This document shows positions 16,722-25,225 of a stretch of 26,886 nt of DNA, in pieces. The notes beneath the pieces were generated by a model, which was not told the DNA's origin, did no database searches, and was given only the letters and a program-made list of their open reading frames with translations. The stretch is from a virus (lineage: Duplodnaviria; Heunggongvirae; Uroviricota; Caudoviricetes), in IMG/VR virus record IMGVR_UViG_3300037790_000024. One strand, 5' to 3'. Made by a program: the position numbers and the translations under genes. Numbering within the stretch: position 1 is the stretch's first letter; each line of letters begins with the position of its first letter.

Positions 16722-17362
16722 TAACTTCCCTCCAGAAATCTTTCTACAATGTCTTTACAATAAGCGAAGTAGGACATAATATCCTTGGTGTTCCAAACAT
16801 CCTCTGTGTCTTCAATAACACCGTCTGGGATAAAGTCTCTACTGTCTCCTTCAAAATCTCCCCTACCTTTAATTCTGATCAACAGAATATTCTCTTGACC
16901 TATTTTTCTAATAAGAGGATTTAGTTCCTCTACAAAGCCAGTGCTGTCATCAATAGAGAGAGCGTCTCCGCGCATTGCTTTAACTCTAGCTTCTCCAAAG
17001 TATTCCTTGCCGAAAGCAGGCTTACACACCACTTCTGACACATAGATCATTGCTTCCCTCTGGGAGAGAGGATACATCTCGTTAGGAAACTTAACACTAG
17101 GCTCTCGCTTCAGCACTTTGTCCAGCCTCCACACTTCTTCCCCTCTCAACATAAAATTGGTGTTGGCAGTTTCTTTAAGGCTCCTGTTATTATAGATTCT
17201 CCAATACAGCTCTTCAGGAACACAGAATAGCTTCATAGTGAGTTCATGGAGGTGGTCTTTACATCTCCGATCCCTCATCTCTGGGTAAAGAGATTTTAGG
17301 TATTCTGTGAGGTCTGTCTTACCACATCCTTTACCACCGTTTAGTAGAATTATCTTACTCAT
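16721..17362 (-). CDS. Deoxynucleoside monophosphate kinase
   Basis: IILLNGGKGCGKT P-loop, R..M..VSE..CKP.FG..YFG, and D.GF.EE motifs. Confidence 0.8.
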   Translation of the reverse strand: MSKIILLNGGKGCGKTDLTEYLKSLYPEMRDRRCKDHLHELTMKLFCVPEELYWRIYNNRSLKETANTNFMLRGEEVWRLDKVLKREPSVKFPNEMYPLSQREAMIYVSEVVCKPAFGKEYFGEARVKAMRGDALSIDDSTGFVEELNPLIRKIGQENILLIRIKGRGDFEGDSRDFIPDGVIEDTEDVWNTKDIMSYFAYCKDIVERFLEGS

Positions 17363-17633
17363 CCACTACCTCTGTTTCTGGTTCTGGATCATTAGGTAAA
17401 CCTAGACAATACACTTCCCCGTTTTCTTTTAAGAACCAACCTTCGTAGTCTCTATCTAAAAATACCAGTTCCACTACCTCCCCTTCTTCAAAGTAAGGGT
17501 TGTCCTTAGTCAAATTTCTAAACTTATCCCCAAAAAAGTAGTCACCTTTAATCATCAGATTTTGATCAGAATTATCAGCAATTCCGAATACCATCTTAAT
17601 GAGTTGAATTTTATCTTCTACTGAAGTTTTCAT
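17355..17633 (-). CDS. Hypothetical protein
   Basis: 92 aa with GGAGG RBS. Confidence 0.65.
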   Translation of the reverse strand: MKTSVEDKIQLIKMVFGIADNSDQNLMIKGDYFFGDKFRNLTKDNPYFEEGEVVELVFLDRDYEGWFLKENGEVYCLGLPNDPEPETEVVDE

Positions 17634-17642
17634 ACCTACCTC

Positions 17643-17750
17643 CTATCCAAAAACTAATAGAGCAGCTAAAGCAATAAGGGCAGCATACCCTAGAGCCATT
17701 AGCACATTACCTGCACTGTTGTTGTAATTGTGTGAAGCTGGTTTACGCAT
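17643..17750 (-). CDS. 35-aa membrane microprotein (not in ORF track)
   Basis: MRKPASHNYNNSAGNVLMALGYAALIALAALLVFG*. GGAGA RBS. Fills the gap between neighbours. Confidence 0.7.
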   Translation of the reverse strand: MRKPASHNYNNSAGNVLMALGYAALIALAALLVFG

Positions 17751-17949
17751 TCTTATCTCCTTTTTCTACCCCCAAAGTAATCTTGTAAGGGATAGGCTCT
17801 ACCCGCCACACCTTAACTTTAGGAATATCCCAACCGTAGTTTGCAAATTCCTCTTGGAGTTGTTTTAAAGTGGCTTTAAAAATTTCACCATCATCAGGGT
17901 CTTCAAAAAAGAAAACCTCCTCTTCTGCTACTTCCTGTCCTTTAGCCAT
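17743..17949 (-). CDS. Hypothetical protein
   Basis: 68 aa, TAATG-coupled, GAAGGAG RBS. Confidence 0.65.
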   Translation of the reverse strand: MAKGQEVAEEEVFFFEDPDDGEIFKATLKQLQEEFANYGWDIPKVKVWRVEPIPYKITLGVEKGDKNA

Positions 17950-18128
17950 TATTCTTCTCCTTCCACAATTTTAAAAAGGATGTCTTTTGGAAGGACAAAC
18001 TGTTGATTACCGGAGTAGAAAGCCCAGCCTCCAGTTTTAGATTCCTCGATAGAATCCACTTCAATAGCCAACAAAGGCATGTCTAAAGACATATCCTCTA
18101 CGTTTTTATAAATCTTTACTTCTGCCAT
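17949..18128 (-). CDS. Small hypothetical protein (59 aa, not in ORF track)
   Basis: MAEVKIYKNVEDMSLDMPLLAIEVDSIEESKTGGWAFYSGNQQFVLPKDILFKIVEGEE*. AAGGAGG RBS. Confidence 0.75.
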   Translation of the reverse strand: MAEVKIYKNVEDMSLDMPLLAIEVDSIEESKTGGWAFYSGNQQFVLPKDILFKIVEGEE

Positions 18129-18137
18129 AAATCCTCC

Positions 18138-19772
18138 TTATAGATTTTCTTCAAAACGTGTACGAATTGTATCAAAATCTTCATCCAATGTCAACACACC
18201 ATCTTTAAACACTGTAAGAAGTTCCCCTTCCTTCTCTTCTTCAAAAGATACTTGGTCTTCTAAAGTGTAGAAGCCTTTTACATCTTTGTCAACTTTAAGT
18301 AAGCCTTTAGCAGACTTCTTAGTTCCATTGTCTGTAATAGGATCTTTAAAGATTTCCCTTGGTTCCCCATCTACAATACCAAAGGTGGCTTTCATAGCAA
18401 ACCCTAGGGTGTCTCGTGTGTTGTATTGGTAGGTGTAACTACCTACACCAAACACAATGTTGTCTGCTGAAAATCCTTTCTCAGCCAGTCTTTGTAGAAT
18501 TTCTACAGCACGTTGTCGTGTAATAGAATCGCCATAAATCAGTCCTACTCGCTCATTGAGGGTACGGTAGCCCTTATCTGTTTCAGCGCCTCCAAAGATG
18601 TTCCACAAGGTTTCTACAGCACCTTTAGCCTCTGACTCAGAGATTTCTTCAAAATCCCAGTCAGTATCCCAACCAGTATCATAAGCTTTAAATTTATAGT
18701 ATCTCCCTTCCCAGTAAACTGCCTCTGCATCAGAAACATTAATCATGTCAAAGTAGTTTTCAGGGTTTGCCTCAACCAACTTGTATCCAGTAATCACTTT
18801 AACTGGATCTCCAGAGTCAGGTCGAAACACCACTTTAGCCATACCCAAGTCATTAGGAACACGATTCAGAATCTCTTCTTTCAGTTCTACTGTGTATTCT
18901 GAAATAACTTTCCAGAAGTCCCAAGTGTCAGACACAATAGATACAATACCGGATGGGTAGAGATCTGTGATCAATCGACGGAATGTTTCGATCTCACTTT
19001 CTTTAGTACCCATACTCATAACAGAATGTTCTGTAGCAGGTACACTAGCCCCTACCAGCATATTCTCTGCGTTAGCTTTGTAGTAGTCTTCTACATAGTC
19101 AATCGCAGACACTGTATCTGTACCAGCAAAAGCCAACAGATGCCCCGCTCCGCTCATAGCAGCATCATAGGGGGTAGACATACCTCTGGAGGAGAAATCG
19201 TGGCAGGAGAACGGCATGAGGAGCTTATTAGCACCTGTCAGATTATAGTAGTATTCCATAATCTTACGAAATTCTCTTGCAATCGTAGCTGTTGTGTAAG
19301 ACTTCCACAGGCCATTACTGAGGACAGTTTCCAAGTAATTTGTCAACCAATAAAATTCTTCCTTAGTGTTCTGAATAGTGAACACAGGCACTTTAATAGG
19401 AGACACACTACCCTCTGGCAGGGCTTTAATCTCCACAGGGAGATAGCCCAGATCATGCAGAGCTTCAATGTGCTCTACAGGAATACTGTCAGCTCCTAGA
19501 GAAGTATCCATCCTACGTTTATACTTACGGACAGCTTTTGTTTTGTCTACATTAAAGAAGGTATCATTAAATAATTCAATCAAATACCATTTAACAAAAC
19601 CTGTCAAACCAAAGTTTACTACGTTACCATCCCAAAATGCTGTAGCTCCTTGGCTGTAAATACGATCTGATCGGGGAGTGAAATTACCATAGACAAACGT
19701 TGTGTTGTCTGGGTATTGTCTCCGGTGATCAGCTTTATAAAAGTCAATCTGACTTAGTGCATCAATCTTCAT
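18138..19772 (-). CDS. nadV: Nicotinamide phosphoribosyltransferase-family enzyme (NAMPT/NadV-like; probably NARP1 Namat)
   Basis: DFYKADH, HDFSSRG, GTDT, VPATEHSVM, VSDTWD, FRPDSGDP, IYGDSIT, FGVGSYTYQ..TRDT and KKSAKG. The symbol is family-level only. Confidence 0.93.
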   Translation of the reverse strand: MKIDALSQIDFYKADHRRQYPDNTTFVYGNFTPRSDRIYSQGATAFWDGNVVNFGLTGFVKWYLIELFNDTFFNVDKTKAVRKYKRRMDTSLGADSIPVEHIEALHDLGYLPVEIKALPEGSVSPIKVPVFTIQNTKEEFYWLTNYLETVLSNGLWKSYTTATIAREFRKIMEYYYNLTGANKLLMPFSCHDFSSRGMSTPYDAAMSGAGHLLAFAGTDTVSAIDYVEDYYKANAENMLVGASVPATEHSVMSMGTKESEIETFRRLITDLYPSGIVSIVSDTWDFWKVISEYTVELKEEILNRVPNDLGMAKVVFRPDSGDPVKVITGYKLVEANPENYFDMINVSDAEAVYWEGRYYKFKAYDTGWDTDWDFEEISESEAKGAVETLWNIFGGAETDKGYRTLNERVGLIYGDSITRQRAVEILQRLAEKGFSADNIVFGVGSYTYQYNTRDTLGFAMKATFGIVDGEPREIFKDPITDNGTKKSAKGLLKVDKDVKGFYTLEDQVSFEEEKEGELLTVFKDGVLTLDEDFDTIRTRFEENL

Positions 19773-19781
19773 CTAATCCTC

Positions 19782-20111
19782 CTATTTTCCGTGAAATTCT
19801 AACAGTTTACTTCCGTCAAAGGAGAAAAGCAAGTTTTCTGCTTCCTTCCCCCTAACTTTATTTTGTAACTCTCTTGTATCAGGATCTCTTGAGCTTTTAC
19901 ACATTTTATTCATATACATAGCATAGCCTGCACAATGTTGCTCTTTTACAGGCTTCTCAAGAAAGTCTTCTGTTGTCATGTGACAGGGCATTCTAATATC
20001 TAGTTGCACTAACTCGTGAAAGTCTTTAGCAGTGCTATGACCCCCAATCCATCCTGCCATTTGAGCTAAGAAAGGACATTCTCTACAAGGCTTTGTTTTA
20101 TTAAACTCCAT
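19782..20111 (-). CDS. Cys/His-rich small protein, putative metal-binding
   Basis: 109 aa with PCRECPF, PCH and HCAG. GGAGGT RBS. Confidence 0.65.
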   Translation of the reverse strand: MEFNKTKPCRECPFLAQMAGWIGGHSTAKDFHELVQLDIRMPCHMTTEDFLEKPVKEQHCAGYAMYMNKMCKSSRDPDTRELQNKVRGKEAENLLFSFDGSKLLEFHGK

Positions 20112-20119
20112 ACCTCCCC

Positions 20120-20902
20120 CTATACAATCCTAATTTTCTTCCCTAGAACTTCCTCAATCTGCTCTAGAGTCATTTCTTCTGGGGAGTTTTTATCATAAAC
20201 TACCTCCCAGCTATTCTCAAGTGAGTCCACAACTCCCTCTGGCTTAAACCAATTAAAACAAGTGGAGACAGCCAGATTGTGAGGAGGAGAATATACCTTT
20301 TCAATTTTTGTTAGGGTTCTGTCTGTAAGAGGCTCCCAAGTGCCGCCAGCAATGATATCTCCCATCTTAGTGCCTTTAAGCACCATAGCGAACGTAGTTT
20401 CTTCGACACTACTTTTATATTCCACCACCATCCCTGTCTTCAAGTTTTCTAAGGACAATATAAATCCTAACTCTTCCTCTGGGATTTCCTTCTCTAATAG
20501 ATTGCCATGCATATCACACTCCTTCCAAGAGTCTCCTAAATGAGCTTTCCATCTAAAGTCTACTGTTTCAATTTTATTATCTATGGGGCATATCCAAACT
20601 ACCTCGTTGTCACTCTTACGATGGAAATAGATAAGATCTTCATCTCCTTCACAATAGAAGAAATATCCTTCCCCATACAAAAATTCTTGCCAGCTAATCT
20701 CTTCTGCCTCTTTAGTATCAAAAAAATCTTTGTCTTGTTCTTCTCCATAAGTGATATACGTATCAACAAAAAGATAAGGTTGAGAGAGGTTCCTTAGCTG
20801 TCTTTTTTCTCCCCCGCCCCAGTAGATTCCTTCGCTAAAAAGCTTATTTTGAACCTTTCTAGAGACTTCCTTATTTGGCACTCTTATTTTAAACTTTGTC
20901 AT
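20120..20902 (-). CDS. Mosaic hypothetical phage protein
   Basis: 260 aa. N-terminal FKIRVPNKEVSRKVQ.KLF..G..W and C-terminal EMTLEQIEEVLGKKIRIV motifs are common in phage hypotheticals. Start abuts the stop of the prs-like gene. Confidence 0.65.
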   Translation of the reverse strand: MTKFKIRVPNKEVSRKVQNKLFSEGIYWGGGEKRQLRNLSQPYLFVDTYITYGEEQDKDFFDTKEAEEISWQEFLYGEGYFFYCEGDEDLIYFHRKSDNEVVWICPIDNKIETVDFRWKAHLGDSWKECDMHGNLLEKEIPEEELGFILSLENLKTGMVVEYKSSVEETTFAMVLKGTKMGDIIAGGTWEPLTDRTLTKIEKVYSPPHNLAVSTCFNWFKPEGVVDSLENSWEVVYDKNSPEEMTLEQIEEVLGKKIRIV

Positions 20903-21823
20903 TTAAAGATCTCCTTTGTTGTATTTAACAATGTCTTGCAGTGTAACATAATTCATTACAGTTTGGAAGCACATAATATAATCAATGTATGGCTTAAACT
21001 CTTCCAGAGGCTTAGAGAAGATACCATGAGTGACGTACAATGTCACTGTCTTTGCTCCCAGTTCCTTCAAACTTTTAGCCAAAATCTTAAATGTAGCTCC
21101 GCCATCACAGATGTCATCAAGAATTATAACATCCTTACCCTCTACGCTGTCAACCCCTACATACTCAGAGATCTTAAAAGATTTGATCCACCCTGTTGTT
21201 ACGTCTCTTTCCTTTTCACAAGTGATGTAAGGAAGTTGGTAGGAATAAGATGTATCCACTGTCTTTTGTCTAGCACCTTTGTCTGGAGCTACAAGAACAG
21301 TGTTGGCAGCACAAAGTCCAGTTAGTCTTTTCAGTACAGGAATGTCGTCCTTCCACAACTGTTTTTGAGCTGTATAGTTAAAGCAAGCCACTTGGGGTTT
21401 GTTCACCAACTTTACAGTCTCTCCAAGGATAGCTTGATCCAAATACTCTCTGACAGCAGACTCATTATGCAAATCATTAGTGATGATCTCCTTAAAGAAA
21501 AATCCCATCCCGCTCAAGAAAGGTTTTAGGGGAGAGAGGTTGCCATTCTCAAAGTTCCTGTCTGCTCTTGCAAAAGGAAAGTAAGGCAAATGAAGGATCT
21601 TGTCCACCTTATTAGCATCCAACACCCCTGCTGCACCAGAGAACAAAGTGTCAATAAACAGGTCTATAATAAAAGGAATTGTATCTGCTGGCTCATTTTC
21701 GATAGTGAGCACAACTTCCTTAGGAGCTTTACTTAGCTCAAACTTCAGGTAGCTAGCACCATCAGAAAATTTGTGGAATTTAACATCCACAGATTTGTTA
21801 TCTTCAATAATTGAAATAGTCAT
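20903..21823 (-). CDS. prs: PRPP synthetase-family enzyme (Prs-like; probably NARP1 Adps)
   Basis: FSDG, PYFPFARADR, DLHN, APDKGA, K.RD, IILDDICDGGATF and YVTHGIFS. The symbol is family-level only. Confidence 0.9.
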   Translation of the reverse strand: MTISIIEDNKSVDVKFHKFSDGASYLKFELSKAPKEVVLTIENEPADTIPFIIDLFIDTLFSGAAGVLDANKVDKILHLPYFPFARADRNFENGNLSPLKPFLSGMGFFFKEIITNDLHNESAVREYLDQAILGETVKLVNKPQVACFNYTAQKQLWKDDIPVLKRLTGLCAANTVLVAPDKGARQKTVDTSYSYQLPYITCEKERDVTTGWIKSFKISEYVGVDSVEGKDVIILDDICDGGATFKILAKSLKELGAKTVTLYVTHGIFSKPLEEFKPYIDYIMCFQTVMNYVTLQDIVKYNKGDL

Positions 21824-21834
21824 TCATTCCTCCC

Positions 21835-21871
21835 AATAAAAAAGCCGTTACCCAAATTAATGAGTAACAGC
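21835..21871 (-). terminator. Intrinsic terminator
   Basis: Minus strand: GCTGTTACTC-ATTAATTT-GGGTAACGGC (10 bp with two G-U pairs) followed by TTTTTT. Confidence 0.82.
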
Positions 21872-21897
21872 TTACTAGGTTTAAATCAAATTGTCAA
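21869..21897 (-). promoter_or_regulatory. Sigma70-type promoter for the prs-like/NAMPT-like operon
   Basis: TTGACA (21897-21892), 17 nt spacer, TAAGCT (21874-21869), in an intergenic gap. Confidence 0.78.
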
Positions 21898-21900
21898 CAC

Positions 21901-22836
21901 TTAAAGAGGATTCATCATCAAGCTTTGACGTTTTTCTTTGTCAAATGTGTTTACACGATCTCGCATGTGCTTACCACACTCTTGACATTGATACACATCA
22001 AACTCAGAGACATTAGTGTATGCTTTCTTATCCGTAAGTTCCACTTTATGTGAGCCACAACATACACAACGTCTAATTGCATCAGGATAGAAAACAGCAA
22101 CATTAGGATGTCTTTTATCGAATGCTCTAAGTTTTAGATACACTTCTTCCAACACTTCTACGTCTACAGTGTTGTAATCTACCATCTGTTTCCAAGAGAG
22201 GTCGTCTCCTTCCATACATCCTCTCCACAAAGATGCTCCAGAGTGAGGCAGTTTTTGACCCACACCTAAGTATCTTGCAATAGTGTCAAGACGGTTGGTA
22301 GGAAACTTAAACTGACTCTTAGCAATCTTAAGTGTGTCCACCAGTTTTGTAGGACTGATAGGGTCTAGACCAGCAACCAAGAATCTCGTGTTAGCCACCT
22401 TCCAATCAAAACCGGCTAAGTTGTGTGCGATAACAATATCCGCTTCAGAAAGAAGGGCATGTAGATCAGAAGCTAGCTCTGAGTCATCATAAGGATCTGC
22501 CTTATATCTTTCTTCATAGTAAGGGAGCGCATAGCTTGCAATACCGTCTTCTCCTAACCATTTAGCACAGAAGCTTAAGAGGTAATTGCTTCGTACAACA
22601 AAATCCTCTTGGATGTTTTGTTTATATCTACCAAAACCGTAGTATAACTCTGGGGCAGTTTCAATGTCAAACAAAAGAATCTTTGGTTTAATAACACCTT
22701 CAGGTTTTCGTCTAAAAAACTCTCTTAAATAGTCTGAAACTGTAGATTTAGGTTTGTCAATCTCTTTAGCAATCTGTCTCCAGCTCATGTTAGTGGATGT
22801 TGCTAACTCCACTGCGTCTATTTGCCAACCTTTCAA
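21901..22836 (-). CDS. DEDD/RNase H-like 3'-5' exonuclease with N-terminal HTH and C-terminal Zn ribbon
   Basis: MSWRQIAKEIDKPKSTVSDYL (HTH), LFDIET, HNLAGFD, YNTVDV, and CVCCG...CQECG. Confidence 0.85.
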   Translation of the reverse strand: MKGWQIDAVELATSTNMSWRQIAKEIDKPKSTVSDYLREFFRRKPEGVIKPKILLFDIETAPELYYGFGRYKQNIQEDFVVRSNYLLSFCAKWLGEDGIASYALPYYEERYKADPYDDSELASDLHALLSEADIVIAHNLAGFDWKVANTRFLVAGLDPISPTKLVDTLKIAKSQFKFPTNRLDTIARYLGVGQKLPHSGASLWRGCMEGDDLSWKQMVDYNTVDVEVLEEVYLKLRAFDKRHPNVAVFYPDAIRRCVCCGSHKVELTDKKAYTNVSEFDVYQCQECGKHMRDRVNTFDKEKRQSLMMNPL

Positions 22837-22837
22837 A

Positions 22838-23059
22838 TCAAATAACCCCCGCTTGTTTTAGTTTAATCATGTCGTCTGCGGAGTAGTTTCCACTGACAAT
22901 AAGATCCTGTACCACCCCTGTCTCTGATTTTTGTACAAAATTATTTACTCGGGATGGAGAATACTCCTCAAATTCTAGATTAGGAGATACATACCAAAGC
23001 ATTCCAGTGTTATCTCGGATGTTACCTGTTACAGGATCATAGTCTACAACTACCTTCAT
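22838..23059 (-). CDS. Hypothetical protein
   Basis: 73 aa with GGAGG RBS and ATGA overlap. Confidence 0.65.
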   Translation of the reverse strand: MKVVVDYDPVTGNIRDNTGMLWYVSPNLEFEEYSPSRVNNFVQKSETGVVQDLIVSGNYSADDMIKLKQAGVI

Positions 23060-23340
23060 ACTGCTTCCTCCAGAAACTCTATCCAGTGAGCACCTCCGTT
23101 ATAGTGATATGTATGAAAAGAGATGCTTCCATCTTCATTTTTGGTCACTTCTTCAAACCCACACTCATCTTGCTCTCTTCGCACTTCCCACTCAATAAAA
23201 TAGATTTCGTCCCCTAAGTTTATAAACCTATGCTCGGTTGTCCACTCTAAATCTTCCAAGTCAGCAGAAGGGAATAAGGCAAACACCTCTTCTTCTGTAG
23301 CAGGGTAGGCTACCCCTTTATTTCGTTCCATATCACTCAT
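23056..23340 (-). CDS. Hypothetical acidic protein
   Basis: 94 aa, coupled by ATGA overlaps. Confidence 0.65.
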   Translation of the reverse strand: MSDMERNKGVAYPATEEEVFALFPSADLEDLEWTTEHRFINLGDEIYFIEWEVRREQDECGFEEVTKNEDGSISFHTYHYNGGAHWIEFLEEAV

Positions 23341-23918
23341 GGTTCCACCCCATAATATTTTTCATAACACATCCTTCTTTTCTTAGCATTACTTACCTCC
23401 TCTTCCTTAAAACCTTGTTCTATAAGAAATTTCTTCTGAATAGCAGGTTTTTGTTTACAAGCTTTTATCACTTTTCTAAGCTGTCTAGCTTGTTCGATAG
23501 AAACACCATATCTGTCTGAATACGTCTTATCCTCATGACACTCTTTACATAGAAGTTGGAAATTAGACTCATCACAATAAAGGTTTGTTACAAACTGTTT
23601 TAAATGATCCATCTGAAGAAGAGTTCCAGCAGATTCTATATGATCCACCTGAACCTTAGATGAAGGAAACATTTCCCCACACCCATCACACTTACATTCA
23701 GTTCTATACCTAGTTTTGCCTTTCTTCTTTCCAGACTTGTATTTTAAGACGTTTCCTTTTTCATCTTTCAGGGGTATTTTCTTAGTTCTATTTTGTTTAA
23801 AGATGTTCTGAGGGGGATACTTCATCCAAGATCTTCGCAAGGCTCCTCTAAGCCACACCATATACTCAGACTCAGTTTTGAAGTGTTTCCCCTCTCCCCA
23901 AGGAACATTACTTGACAC
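23337..23918 (-). CDS. HNH endonuclease
   Basis: WLRGALRR.W, CxCxxC, VQVDHI and N.QLLCKECHxxKT. Confidence 0.85.
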   Translation of the reverse strand: MSSNVPWGEGKHFKTESEYMVWLRGALRRSWMKYPPQNIFKQNRTKKIPLKDEKGNVLKYKSGKKKGKTRYRTECKCDGCGEMFPSSKVQVDHIESAGTLLQMDHLKQFVTNLYCDESNFQLLCKECHEDKTYSDRYGVSIEQARQLRKVIKACKQKPAIQKKFLIEQGFKEEEVSNAKKRRMCYEKYYGVEP

Positions 23919-24987
23919 GATACTCCTTCATTAACTTGTAGAAAGTAGTGCTGTCTTTAGGAAATCTTCTCATCCAAAGAAGAACAAACATTTCTTCAGC
24001 TATTTGTAACCAATCTTTAGTTAGTTCTTCCCCCGTCTCCCAGTGCTCATAGGTGACAGGTTCTGGATACCACTCTTTGTAAGTGTCTACAACAGCTCTT
24101 AAGCACTCTTTAGGAGTGGTGAGGGGGTCTAGTAGCTCTAAGGCTTTTTTCTCGCCCCATTTCACCCCTGCAAGCTTTTTAGGGTTGATTGTATCTACAG
24201 GGTCTCCTATCAACATCTGCATACATAGAGATTTTAAACCATAAGCTCTAACCTTTCCTTTTTCATCAAGCCAGATCTTACCAACACCTTTCTCTGGGAT
24301 CTCGAATGGTTCGTCCATCTTATCCCAAACATACATAAGAGTGCCGTTGCACTGGAAGCTATCTTTATCTAGCGTTGCCTGAACCCCTTTTAAGTGATAA
24401 GCTATCATAGCCACCATATCATCTGTCTCAAAAGCTGGCTCTTCCATACTAGCAGAGGCAGAATACTCTGGAAGGTTGTCCAAATCTGTGTTAGGATTAC
24501 ACATATTAGCCACAATAGCTCCGTGGCGTTTAATTAAGTATTCTTTAACTTCTCTCAAGTGAACAGGCTTCTCTGTGTGTCTGTCTTTATACTTGTTGAT
24601 TGTTGCATGTCTGTCTCGGAAGTTGTTATGTCCGTCTAGCTCTAAAACAACAATGTATTTGTCTGTTTTACAGGATTTAAGCAGACCTTCGATTGTAGAC
24701 TTTGCGATATGTAAAGCATTAGCTACATCCTCTACTTCACGTAGGTCTTCTACTTCAAAATCTTCTTTAGACCAGAGAGGCTTTCCTTGTGCCTCTCTTG
24801 CCTCATTCATTTCTGCCAGTTTGCCACCAATGTTTTTACCCCTTCCCCAGAATTCAGTTCTATTTTCAAATTCCTGACTACTTCCAGAGGCTTTGTGAGT
24901 AACACGGATGTAGTTGTTTTCAACTGCGGCAGCAGATCGGTATGCTATTAAATCCCCATCAATTACAACAACAGGGGCTTCAGTCAT
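23908..24987 (-). CDS. 5'-3' exonuclease (PIN/FEN-like phage exonuclease)
   Basis: VIDGDLIAY, NFR, FETDD, DKD and LIGDPVDTI motifs. Confidence 0.88.
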   Translation of the reverse strand: MTEAPVVVIDGDLIAYRSAAAVENNYIRVTHKASGSSQEFENRTEFWGRGKNIGGKLAEMNEAREAQGKPLWSKEDFEVEDLREVEDVANALHIAKSTIEGLLKSCKTDKYIVVLELDGHNNFRDRHATINKYKDRHTEKPVHLREVKEYLIKRHGAIVANMCNPNTDLDNLPEYSASASMEEPAFETDDMVAMIAYHLKGVQATLDKDSFQCNGTLMYVWDKMDEPFEIPEKGVGKIWLDEKGKVRAYGLKSLCMQMLIGDPVDTINPKKLAGVKWGEKKALELLDPLTTPKECLRAVVDTYKEWYPEPVTYEHWETGEELTKDWLQIAEEMFVLLWMRRFPKDSTTFYKLMKEYRVK

Positions 24988-25216
24988 CTAGCTTCTCCAC
25001 AAGAGAGATAAAGGATTGGTAGGTGTCGGCAGCAGAGGCAAATCCACTTACTGATCCAATACACATACCTAACATTGCGTAATAGTTTGCAGCCACCTCT
25101 GTGTCTTTTGTTTTTGAAACTTCTGGTTCAATGGCTTCTAAGGTAGTGGCTAGTTTTAAAGCCCCTTGGTGGAATTCTGCCCAAGCAGCATCCAACTCTT
25201 TTCTATTAATTGTCAT
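24980..25216 (-). CDS. Hypothetical helical protein
   Basis: 78 aa with AAGGAG RBS. Confidence 0.65.
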   Translation of the reverse strand: MTINRKELDAAWAEFHQGALKLATTLEAIEPEVSKTKDTEVAANYYAMLGMCIGSVSGFASAADTYQSFISLVEKLDD

Positions 25217-25225
25217 TAAATCTCC

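Noticed and set aside
19026-21325. Long plus-strand ORFs (19026-19499, 20849-21325) and similar opposite-strand ORFs elsewhere in the track
   Set aside because: They are antisense shadows of well-supported genes, with no RBS or recognisable motifs.
23337-23918. HNH gene as a mobile homing element
   Set aside because: It is tightly coupled between core nuclease genes and interrupts nothing, so it looks like a resident replication/recombination nuclease.
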